The notes beneath the pieces were generated by a model, which was not told the origin of the DNA, did no database searches, and saw only the letters and a program-made list of their open reading frames with translations. Shown here in pieces: positions 7,715-15,887 of a stretch of DNA of 29,790 bases (positions within the stretch are counted from its first letter, which is position 1; every line of letters starts with the position of its first letter). The stretch comes from a virus. Taxonomy: Duplodnaviria; Caudoviricetes. The stretch lies in the IMG/VR virus record IMGVR_UViG_3300046739_000328, positions 1-29,790 of that record; one strand, given 5' to 3'. Made by a program: the position numbers and the translations under genes.

Positions 7715-8238
7715 ACCGATACAGCTAATGAATGACTGATCGAACGATCGAACGAACAGACGCACGCAGTGAACTAAGGATCGAAAGATCTAGCCAGGCA
7801 GACAGCCCAAGGATGCAGGAAATCACACAACAAATGACGGATGGACCGATCGAAAGACCAAAAGAGCGATGCAGGCCGAGTGAATTACAGAGGCAGGCTA
7901 GCGATACAGAGATGGAAAGAGACACTGACGCACGCAACGAGTCTCACGCATCGATGCACCAACTCATGGAATTAGCTAACGACGCAGCTAATCCACAGAC
8001 GGACCGATCGAGTGACAAATGGATGGAATAAGTCCCGGACCGATAAAAGCAAGGAAGGATTCACAGATCCAATCAGCTATCAATTCATGGAGACAGCGAA
8101 ACACGGACTGACCGAAGCGACGGATAGATAGACGAAAGTACGGATAGAACGAACGACCGAGGCATTGACGGAACGAAGCAGTGACGAAAGTTCAAACATG
8201 CAAGGAAAGAGGTCAAACGCCATGCAGACAATGACCGA
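7715..8238 (+). repeat. A-phased tetramer array 2 (about 500 nt); putative guide ncRNA
   Basis: In-phase A runs: 7715-7755 (11), 7756-7804 (13), 7809-7873 (17), 7900-7940 (11), 7946-7990 (12), 7995-8115 (30 of 31), 8116-8188 (19). Confidence 0.92.
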
Positions 8239-8734
8239 CCCCGCAGTTGATGCCGCCGAGAATCCCACCGCACGCACGTGGAGCGCGACGGACGCCTATG
8301 TCCGGCAGGCGCTCACGGCCATCAAACGCGGCGCGGTCACGACCGCTGACGAGCTCGTCACGTGGGATTACGAGCACGATCAGCGACTCTTCGATTGGAA
8401 CGATCTGACGGCGGCCGCCTGGGCACGTAAGGCCCAGGCGGTCTTGTTCTTCAATCGCTTCCGCGGCGTCTTCGACAAGATGCGCATCCGCGCGCTGATT
8501 CACGTCCGCGAGGACGCCGACGCGGTCCTGGCCATCGAGGCGTCGGGCTACTTTCCCGTCGAGATGATTGCCGATCATCCCGGGATGCGCGCGCAGGTCA
8601 TCAGCGATCTCGTGCGCCGCATGAAAGTGCTCGCGAGTGAACTGCGACTATGGAAGCTGACGCGCGAAGAACAGGCGGTGATGTTCCGGCAACTCGCCGA
8701 GGTGATCGATGGAACGAACGACGAGGCCGCGTAA
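8222..8734 (+). CDS. RAMP-associated hypothetical protein (F[DE]W[ND]D..AA...R..QA type)
   Basis: LFDWNDLTAAAWARKAQA...IRALIHV...GY motifs; GAGG RBS before ATG 8222; enclosed by arrays 2 and 3. Confidence 0.7.
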   Translation: MQTMTDPAVDAAENPTARTWSATDAYVRQALTAIKRGAVTTADELVTWDYEHDQRLFDWNDLTAAAWARKAQAVLFFNRFRGVFDKMRIRALIHVREDADAVLAIEASGYFPVEMIADHPGMRAQVISDLVRRMKVLASELRLWKLTREEQAVMFRQLAEVIDGTNDEAA

Positions 8735-8745
8735 CCGCGTGGCCG

Positions 8746-8826
8746 ACTGAGCGACGAAATGAAACACGCAGGAACCTATTGACCCAGAGAATCAATCAGG
8801 CAGACACAGAGCGATTGAACTAACCA
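8746..8826 (+). repeat. A-phased tetramer array 3; putative guide ncRNA
   Basis: 21 consecutive in-phase As from 8746 to 8826, the last being the A of the next ATG. Confidence 0.92.
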
Positions 8827-9380
8827 TGCTGTACGTCGACGACAAATTCCCCGAACATCCGAAGCTGTTCAAGGCCGCCGCGAAGCTCGGGCCGAACGGC
8901 GGCGCCCAGGCGCTCGCGCTCTACATGGTGGGTCTGGCGTACGCGCGGGAACACCTCACCGACGGGTTTGTCCCCATGCACCTCGTTTGTGCTTGTGGTC
9001 TCGTTCAGACACCACAAGACGTGGCGAACGTCCTCTGTTCGCGGAGCGTTCGACTGTGGCATCGGGTACCCGGCGGCTTCCTTATTCACGACTACCTCGA
9101 CTGGAACCCAAAAGCCAGTCTCATCAAAGAGAAGCGGGAAAAATGGCGCGCGAAAAAGGAGGCGCAACGGCGCGGCGGGAACGGGCAGTACCGCGGGGAG
9201 TCCCCGGGGGAGTCCCCCGGGGACGTGCGCCGAGACTCGCGCGCGCCCGTACCACGATCCAAGTACGTACTAGTACCGGGAGAGGCACGATCGGATCGTA
9301 CGGGTTCTAGTACCTTCCGTGTATTAACCGCCGCTGCGCGTCGGTTTGTACGAAAAACCGACGAAAGACAGGCCGCCTAG
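8826..9380 (+). CDS. Phage replication initiator / replisome-organiser-like protein
   Basis: VDDKFPEHPK...AYAREHLTDGFVP...IHDYLDWNP...KREKWRAKK; internal DNA repeats. Confidence 0.7.
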   Translation: MLYVDDKFPEHPKLFKAAAKLGPNGGAQALALYMVGLAYAREHLTDGFVPMHLVCACGLVQTPQDVANVLCSRSVRLWHRVPGGFLIHDYLDWNPKASLIKEKREKWRAKKEAQRRGGNGQYRGESPGESPGDVRRDSRAPVPRSKYVLVPGEARSDRTGSSTFRVLTAAARRFVRKTDERQAA

Positions 9381-9599
9381 ATGGCCCGCCTACTCACGCA
9401 TCGGATCCTCTGCGCGATGGCGAGTGAAGAGCTCGCCGCCGCTGCCGACTACACCACCTGGGCCGAGGCCGTGAAACACCGGCTGGTGCGTCAAGGCTTT
9501 CCCTATCCGCCCACCCACACGCTCACCGCGGCGCTCGCCGCCGTCGCCTACGTCACCGAGCAGAGGAGGACCGCATGGCCCGCGCAAAAAACACGATGA
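9381..9599 (+). CDS. Hypothetical protein
   Basis: Starts immediately after the upstream stop codon. Confidence 0.5.
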   Translation: MARLLTHRILCAMASEELAAAADYTTWAEAVKHRLVRQGFPYPPTHTLTAALAAVAYVTEQRRTAWPAQKTR

Positions 9600-9931
9600 C
9601 TGGTACGGTGGCTCACCGCCGTGTCCCACCGGCGAAGCCTCGCGCGGCGCCGTTGCCCGGGATGGAAGACCACGCCATCAAGCCGCTCGACGACATTGCG
9701 GCCGAGTACGCGGAGATCCGTGATGACCGGATGGCGCTGACGCAGCGCGAGCGCGCCGCGAAAACGCTCGCGCGGAAGCTGATGAAAAAATACGACAAAA
9801 CGATCTATCGGCACGATGGCATCGAGATCACGATCGTGCCTGGCGAGGACGACGTCAAGGTTCGAGTCAAGAAGCACGAGGACGACAAGGACCAGGCCGA
9901 CGGCGTCGCGTTCACCGAAGCGGAGCACTGA
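9575..9931 (+). CDS. Hypothetical protein
   Basis: GAGGAGG RBS; coding-like codon usage. Confidence 0.7.
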   Translation: MARAKNTMTGTVAHRRVPPAKPRAAPLPGMEDHAIKPLDDIAAEYAEIRDDRMALTQRERAAKTLARKLMKKYDKTIYRHDGIEITIVPGEDDVKVRVKKHEDDKDQADGVAFTEAEH

Positions 9932-10224
9932 TGCCGACGTCGTCCAACGTCCTCTGCGGGTGCGGTCGGTTCATGTCGGTGAAGAAAAACAGCGTCACCG
10001 TCGAAGAGTTGCTCGAGGATCAGTCCCCCTACAAGCTCTGGGACGCGGACTGCTACGAATGCGTCGAGTGCGGCGTCGAAGTGATCACCAGCTTCGGCAA
10101 GAGCGCCTTCGTCGAGCACTGGCAGCGCGACTACGCGACGACGCGTGCCGTCTTCGCGACGCGAGGACCCATTTACCCTGGCCGTTGCCGCGCGGTCATC
10201 GAGGCAAAGGACGAAGCGATATGA
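9931..10224 (+). CDS. Zinc-ribbon hypothetical protein
   Basis: C.CGRFM...WDADCYECVECG; TGATG coupling. Confidence 0.7.
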   Translation: MPTSSNVLCGCGRFMSVKKNSVTVEELLEDQSPYKLWDADCYECVECGVEVITSFGKSAFVEHWQRDYATTRAVFATRGPIYPGRCRAVIEAKDEAI

Positions 10225-10439
10225 GTAAACGCCGCAACGGTCTCGACCAGGCGATCGAGCGCGTCCAGGACAACATCCGCGTGCAGCAGGCGGCGCTCGT
10301 GATTCTGCTGCAGCAGCGCGGCGACGACGTGCATCCGCCGTTTCCGCAGAACAGGGAAGTGCGAGAGGGTGCGCTCCGCCGCCGGCCGCGCTCGGCCACC
10401 GTGGCGCTCGGGCCCGATGGGAGCAAGCTGCTGCCATGA
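10221..10439 (+). CDS. Hypothetical protein
   Basis: ATGA overlap; MSKRRNGLDQAIERVQ. Confidence 0.5.
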   Translation: MSKRRNGLDQAIERVQDNIRVQQAALVILLQQRGDDVHPPFPQNREVREGALRRRPRSATVALGPDGSKLLP

Positions 10440-10566
10440 CCTACCGCGAGGCCGGCTGTCGACCGTTACGCTACCGTCGCGGTGGGCGTCGGTTCTGGCG
10501 CACGTATCTGGCCGACCGCGTCCTGGCCTTTCAGCGCGCCATGTCGGCGCACACTGTCTAGCACCG

Positions 10567-10986
10567 ATGTCATTTGCCACGGCTCGCCTCTGCGCACGCG
10601 GCCACACGGTCACTGGCGGTGGCCGCTGCCCGAGCTGCGACCGCCGCCGTGGCACGGCGCACGCGCGTGGCTACGACCGTGACTGGCTCACCTTCCGGCC
10701 GCACTTCCTTGCCCAGTTGGTCGAGGCTGGGGTCCTCCCGGTGTGTGGTGCCGCCCTCCCGACCGGTCCGCACACCACCGACAGTGCCTGCCAGGCCGCC
10801 GGCCTGTTCACGTTCACCAGTGCGGACGGCTCGAGCCTGCACCTGGACCACGAGCCGCCGCTGACCGACACCGAACGACGCACCACGCGCGCGGTGTGCG
10901 ACGTCACACGCGTGCAGCTGCTCTGTGTCGCGTGTCACTTGGCGAAGACACGGCGCGAGGATGGTCGCGCCGACGGGGGGGCCTGA
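10567..10986 (+). CDS. Terminase-associated HNH endonuclease
   Basis: RGTAHARGYDRDW...LHLDH...VQLLCVACHLAKT; directly upstream of terS. Confidence 0.85.
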   Translation: MSFATARLCARGHTVTGGGRCPSCDRRRGTAHARGYDRDWLTFRPHFLAQLVEAGVLPVCGAALPTGPHTTDSACQAAGLFTFTSADGSSLHLDHEPPLTDTERRTTRAVCDVTRVQLLCVACHLAKTRREDGRADGGA

Positions 10987-11079
10987 AAGTTAATGGCAAC
11001 AAGGGGCGTCCGAAACCCGGCCGGGTCTTCAACATGCGTGGATGGGTCAAACGGATCCGATCCCCAGGAAATTTGACTG
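10975..11079. other. Candidate cos/packaging region
   Basis: G-run followed by a short intergenic stretch between HNH and terS, where cos lies in HK97-like phages. Positional inference only. Confidence 0.35.
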
Positions 11080-11577
11080 ATGCCCAGGGGAGGTCACGTC
11101 AAGAGCGGGCCGGCCGTCAAGGACGCCGCGACGCGCGCGCTGCACGGGAGCCGCGACCGGCCGCAGCATCGGACGAAGGGGGACGCCGGCGCGGCGATGA
11201 TCGTCTGCGCGCCGTCCCCGCCGGGCCTCTCGCGGGCGGAGCGGGGCTTCTGGACGTACTACGCGCCGCTGCTCGCCGCGGAGCACCGGCTCACGCTGAA
11301 GGCGCGCGACACGCTGGCAAAGTATTGCACCGCCCTGGCGGTCGTCGCGGATCTGCGGCGGCGCTGGGGGTCCCGGCGGGCGGCGGATCGCGCGGACCGG
11401 TCGGCCACGCTGAAAGAGCTCCGGCAGTGGGTGCTCGCGAGCCGGCTCTACGAGAACGACCTGATTCTGAATCCGGCGTCCGCGATTCGGGCGCCGAAGG
11501 TGAGCGGCGGCGAGGGGCCGCCGGCGCAGGGGGACGCGCTGAGCGATTTCGATGACGATGACGCCGCGGTCAACTAA
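11080..11577 (+). CDS. terS: Terminase small subunit
   Basis: P.PP.LS..E..FW...D..TLAKYC...L.LNPAS; immediately upstream of terL. Confidence 0.85.
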   Translation: MPRGGHVKSGPAVKDAATRALHGSRDRPQHRTKGDAGAAMIVCAPSPPGLSRAERGFWTYYAPLLAAEHRLTLKARDTLAKYCTALAVVADLRRRWGSRRAADRADRSATLKELRQWVLASRLYENDLILNPASAIRAPKVSGGEGPPAQGDALSDFDDDDAAVN

Positions 11578-13315
11578 TCCAGTCGACGCCTACGCGCGCC
11601 GCGTGGTGGCGGGCGAGCTGCCGGCGGGCAAGTATCACCGCCTGGCCTGCGCGCGACATCTGCGCGACCGCGCGCGCGAGGGGACGCCGGGGTTCCCGTT
11701 TCGGTTCGTGTGGGAGGTGCGGGACGCGCGCGTCCGGCTGAAGCCCTGCGCGCTGCGCTTCCTCGACTTCGCGCGCCAGGCCAAGCACTACAAGGGCCGC
11801 CAGTGGGCCGGGCACCTCTTCGAGCCGACGGAGAGCCAGGTCTTCCGCCTCGGGTCGATCTTCGGCTGGCGACATATCGAGACGGGCTATCGGCGGTTCA
11901 CGACGGCCTACAACGAGCTACCACGTAAGCAGGGGAAGTCCTTCGAAGCGGCGATCGTGGCGATCTATGCCGTGTTCTTCGAGGGCGAACCGGGCGCGGA
12001 GGGCTACGTCATCGCGACGAAGGAGAAGCAGGCCAAAATCGTCTTCAACGACGCGAAGAAACTCGTCGCAATCACGCCGGCGCTGCTGGCGCGCATCACG
12101 GTGAGTGCGGCGAATCTGCATCGCGACGAGACCTCGAGCAAGCTCGAGCCCCTCGGGTCCGATTCGGATACAACGGACGGCTTGAACCCGTATGTGATCG
12201 TCGTCGACGAGCTCCACGCGTTCAAGGTGCGTGACCTGCTCGACGTGATGGAGAGCGCGACCGGCGCGCGCGATACGTTCCTGAATTTCCAGATTACGAC
12301 CGCGGGCAACGATCTCGTGTCGCCGTGCGGCGACCAGCACGACTACGCGTGCAAGATTCTCGACGGGGTCCTCGAGGACGATGCCTCGACGCTGGCGTTC
12401 TTTGCGTTCATTGCCCACGCCGACGTCGACGATGACTGGCTCGACGAGCGGACGTGGCAGAAGGCGAATCCGCACTTCGGCCTCTCGGTGAATCCCGACG
12501 ATCTGCGGAAGCTCGCGCTGAAGGCGAAGAACATGCCGAGCGCTGCGGCGGAGTTTAAGCAGAAGCGGCTGAACCTCTGGGTGAATACGAATGCGCCGTG
12601 GCTGTCCCTCGACGGCTGGCGGCACGGGCAAACGGTCTGGTCGACTGATAGTCGCTTTGTGATTCCCGAGGACTTGCGCGGCCGGCCGTGTTGCCTTGGG
12701 GTTGATCTGAGTTCGAAGATTGACCTGACGGCGATCGTGGCCGCGTTTCCGCCGGTCGCGGGGGGGAGTGACCGCCGATGGCGCCTGGTCGTGTGGGCGT
12801 TGACCCCGGAAGACACGGTGGACGAGCGGGCATTGCGGGACCGAGCGCCGTATCGCGTGTGGATCGAGCGCGGCTTCCTGCGGACGAACCCGGGTAACCG
12901 CATCGACCAGGGCGTCGTCGTCGACATCATTCGCGAGGCCGTGGCGCTGTTCGATGTGCAGCAGATCGGGTTCGATCCGTGGAATGCCGGCAATCTCGAG
13001 CAGGACCTGCAGGCGGAAGGGTTCCCGGTCGTCGAGATTCCGCAGACGCTGGCGCAGATGAGCGGCCCGTCGAAAGACTTCGAAGCGGACGTCCTTGACG
13101 GCCTGGTCGACGCCGGCGGCCATCCGCTCATGGCGTGGTGCATCAGCAACGTCGTGGTGCAGCGCGACGGGAAAGACAATATCTACCCGGTGAAGAAGAA
13201 AAGCCGCGGGCGGATCGACCCGGTCATCGCGGCGCTCATGGCGCGCAAGCTCGCGACGCTGCCGCCGGAGTCCGAGCCGGAATACCAGATGTTTGTGATC
13301 GGAGGGGCGCCATGA
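11552..13315 (+). CDS. terL: Terminase large subunit (HK97-like)
   Basis: Walker A PRKQGKS, Walker B VVDELH, ITTAG, GVDLSS, RIDPVIA. Confidence 0.97.
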   Translation: MTMTPRSTNPVDAYARRVVAGELPAGKYHRLACARHLRDRAREGTPGFPFRFVWEVRDARVRLKPCALRFLDFARQAKHYKGRQWAGHLFEPTESQVFRLGSIFGWRHIETGYRRFTTAYNELPRKQGKSFEAAIVAIYAVFFEGEPGAEGYVIATKEKQAKIVFNDAKKLVAITPALLARITVSAANLHRDETSSKLEPLGSDSDTTDGLNPYVIVVDELHAFKVRDLLDVMESATGARDTFLNFQITTAGNDLVSPCGDQHDYACKILDGVLEDDASTLAFFAFIAHADVDDDWLDERTWQKANPHFGLSVNPDDLRKLALKAKNMPSAAAEFKQKRLNLWVNTNAPWLSLDGWRHGQTVWSTDSRFVIPEDLRGRPCCLGVDLSSKIDLTAIVAAFPPVAGGSDRRWRLVVWALTPEDTVDERALRDRAPYRVWIERGFLRTNPGNRIDQGVVVDIIREAVALFDVQQIGFDPWNAGNLEQDLQAEGFPVVEIPQTLAQMSGPSKDFEADVLDGLVDAGGHPLMAWCISNVVVQRDGKDNIYPVKKKSRGRIDPVIAALMARKLATLPPESEPEYQMFVIGGAP

Positions 13316-13533
13316 CTGACAAACGACCACCAGGCCGGCCGTCGATCTACGGGACGCGCACAGACACGACGCTCACGCTCCGCGTGACCACCGCGCAACG
13401 CCTCGAATTGCGACGGGTCGCCGCCGCGCGCGGGACGGATGTCTCTGGGATCTTGCGCGAGATGATCGATACGCACGTCGAGGACCGGCGTCCGTTCCCG
13501 GGCGTCTTCCGCCTCACCGATCCGATCAAGTGA
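13312..13533 (+). CDS. Ribbon-helix-helix DNA-binding protein
   Basis: GRP...TLTLRVT..QR.EL...A...G.DVS.ILREMID; GGAGG RBS; ATGA overlap. Confidence 0.7.
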   Translation: MTDKRPPGRPSIYGTRTDTTLTLRVTTAQRLELRRVAAARGTDVSGILREMIDTHVEDRRPFPGVFRLTDPIK

Positions 13534-13589
13534 CCGGGTTTCGTAAGACGAAACCTCAACGGTAAGCGCACACTTTTCGGGCATCAGAC

Positions 13590-15602
13590 ATGCCCGAAGC
13601 CGTTTCACGTGAAACCACGCCGCGCCGCGCCTATGCTCGGCTCGAGCTGAAGGCGGTTGACGCCGAGCGCCGCACGCTCACCGGCGTCGCGACCTCTGCC
13701 TCCACCGACCGCTACGGCGACGTGGTCGAACCCGCCGGCGCCGAGTTCGCGCTCCCGCTCCCGCTCCTCTGGCAGCACGACAGCAAGTCCCCGATCGGCA
13801 TGGTGACGCAGGCGCACCAGGTCGGCGACGCGATCGAGATCACGGCACAGATCGCGAAGACCGACGTGCCCGGCGTGCTGAAAGATCGCCTCGACATGGC
13901 GTGGCAGTCGATCGCGCTCGGGCTCGTGCGCGGCCTGTCGATCGGGTTCATGGCGCTCGAGGAGAGCTACGACAAGGTCACCGGCGGCTTTCACTTCCTG
14001 CGGTGGCAGTGGCTCGAGCTCAGTGCCGTGACGATTCCGGCGAATGCCGACGCGTCGATTCAGACGATCCGTGCCTACGACACCAGCGCCGCGGCCGCGT
14101 CAGGCCCGCGCGCGCGCCTGGTCCCCCGTTCACTGTCCGGCGTTTCGGACTCACCGCGCGTCGTCTCGATGCGCTGGAAATCTCCGATGGCCAAGAAAAC
14201 ATACGGTGAACAGATCAGCGGCTGGGAAGCGACGCGCGCCGCGAAGACCGCGCGCATGGACGAACTGCTGGAAAAGTCCGGCGACGCCGGCGAAACCCTG
14301 ACGGAGGCCGAGAAGGACGAGCACGACGGGCTCGCGCTCGATGTCAAGGACATCGACGGGCAGCTCGTGCGGCTGCGCGCGGCCGAGAAGCGCGATAAAG
14401 AGGCGGCCGTGCCGGTCCACGGGACCACGATCGAGACCGCGTCGACGTCCCGCACGGGCGTGATGGTGCTGCCGAAGAAGCTCGAGCCCGGCATCCTGTT
14501 CGCGCGCACCGCGATGTGTATGGCGATGGCGCGCGGCAACGAGCTGCAGGCGAAAGAGTACGCGCGGCAAAGCTACGGCGACGACGCCGTGCCGCTCGTG
14601 AAGATGATCGACTACATGACCAAGGCCGCCGTCGGGGCCGGCGCGACGTCGGTGAGCGGGTGGGCGTCGGAAATGGTGCCGTACAACATCATGGACGACT
14701 TCATCACGTTCCTGCGCCCGGGGACGATTCTCGGGAAGTTCGGCACGACGCAGAACGGGACCACGTATCCGAGTCTGCGGCGCGTGCCGTTCAACACCCG
14801 CGTGAGCGGCTTCTCGGCGGGGCTGACGGCCAACTGGGTGGGAGAGGGCTTGCCGGCGCTGCTGAGCAAGGCGACCAGCTTCTTCACCTCCCTGACCTGG
14901 TCGAAAATCGCGGCGCTCGCCGTGCTGACCAAGGAAGAGATCCGCTTCTCGAACCCGAGCGCGGAAGCGAAAGTGCGCGACGACATCGCCGCGGCCATCA
15001 TCGCGAAACAGGATCGCGACTTCATCGACCCGGCGAAGGCGGCTGTCGCCAACGTGTCGCCGGCGTCGATCACGAACGGGACGACGCCGATCCTGCCGAC
15101 GGGCCCGAGCGCGGCGCAGTTGCGCACCGACCTGGCGACGCTGCTCGCCACCTTCGCCGCGGCCAACCTGTCGCCCGAAGATATCGTGCTCATCATGTCG
15201 ACGGTCGACGCGTTGAACATCTCGCTGATGATCACCTCGCTCGGCAACCCGGTCTTCCCGGGCCTGACGATGCAGGGCGGCAACCTGCTCGGCTTCCCGG
15301 TCATCACGACGACCGCGATGGTCGGGGTCGGGTCACCGGTCTCGAACATCATCGTCGCCGTCAAGGCCGGTGAGGTGTACCTCGCCGACGATGGCGTCGT
15401 GACGGTGGATGCGAGCGACCAGGCGTCGGTCGAGATGGTCGACTCCGGCTCGGCGCAGAGCGGTATCAGCGGTACGGGCGCCTCGCTCGTCTCGTTCTGG
15501 CAGGCGGGCCTCCTGGGCCTGAAGGCCACGCGCGAGATCAACTGGAAGCTGCGCCGCCCGCAGGCGGCCCGCTATATCTACAACTCGGCCTACAAGGCGT
15601 AA
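13590..15602 (+). CDS. Prohead protease - major capsid protein fusion (HK97 fold)
   Basis: DRYGDVV, LLWQHD, GLSIGF, ELSAVTIPAN protease motifs, then a coiled-coil delta domain and capsid motifs (WVGEG, LLGFPV, SFWQ). Confidence 0.95.
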   Translation: MPEAVSRETTPRRAYARLELKAVDAERRTLTGVATSASTDRYGDVVEPAGAEFALPLPLLWQHDSKSPIGMVTQAHQVGDAIEITAQIAKTDVPGVLKDRLDMAWQSIALGLVRGLSIGFMALEESYDKVTGGFHFLRWQWLELSAVTIPANADASIQTIRAYDTSAAAASGPRARLVPRSLSGVSDSPRVVSMRWKSPMAKKTYGEQISGWEATRAAKTARMDELLEKSGDAGETLTEAEKDEHDGLALDVKDIDGQLVRLRAAEKRDKEAAVPVHGTTIETASTSRTGVMVLPKKLEPGILFARTAMCMAMARGNELQAKEYARQSYGDDAVPLVKMIDYMTKAAVGAGATSVSGWASEMVPYNIMDDFITFLRPGTILGKFGTTQNGTTYPSLRRVPFNTRVSGFSAGLTANWVGEGLPALLSKATSFFTSLTWSKIAALAVLTKEEIRFSNPSAEAKVRDDIAAAIIAKQDRDFIDPAKAAVANVSPASITNGTTPILPTGPSAAQLRTDLATLLATFAAANLSPEDIVLIMSTVDALNISLMITSLGNPVFPGLTMQGGNLLGFPVITTTAMVGVGSPVSNIIVAVKAGEVYLADDGVVTVDASDQASVEMVDSGSAQSGISGTGASLVSFWQAGLLGLKATREINWKLRRPQAARYIYNSAYKA

Positions 15603-15613
15603 TTCCCAGGGCG

Positions 15614-15653
15614 CGCGTCGGCCGTCTGCCGCGCTCGGTGGATGGTCGACGCG
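15614..15653 (+). other. 18-bp RNA stem-loop after the capsid gene
   Basis: CGCGTCGGCCGTCTGCCG-cgct-CGGTGGATGGTCGACGCG; all four non-Watson-Crick pairs are G-U on the + strand. Confidence 0.7.
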
Positions 15654-15680
15654 GGCGTCCCCTGCGTTGAGGGCGACGAC

Positions 15681-15887
15681 ATGCCACTCGATAACTTCAC
15701 TCTCCGCAAGTACCGCGCGCTGAAGGAATGCCCGCAAGGGCAGCTCCCCGGCGAGGTCTTCGAAGCGACCGAAGATGCCGGCGACGTGCTTATCAGCGTC
15801 GGCGCCGCGGAGCGCGTCGACGACGATCCCGCCTCCACCCCGCCCGTCGGCCGCCACAAGCGGCGCGACCTGCGCGCTGAAGACTGA
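15681..15887 (+). CDS. Small head-associated protein
   Basis: PGEVFEA...KRRDLRAED; TGATG coupling to the portal gene. Confidence 0.7.
   Translation: MPLDNFTLRKYRALKECPQGQLPGEVFEATEDAGDVLISVGAAERVDDDPASTPPVGRHKRRDLRAED

Noticed and set aside
7715-8238. Arrays as quadruplet-codon or edited coding sequence
   Set aside because: Phase slips, stop triplets in sense and the absence of any frameshift-suppressor tRNA make a RAMP-bound RNA the simpler explanation.
7725-8277. ORFs 7732-8031 (+), 7725-7937 (-), 8080-8277 (-), 8085-8273 (-) and the 8165 start extension
   Set aside because: They lie on the period-4 array, with low-complexity products and no family motifs. They are likely by-products of the periodicity.
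6668-8826. CRISPR array next to the Cas7-like gene
   Set aside because: No 23-50 nt direct repeats were seen; only single-base 4-nt periodicity.
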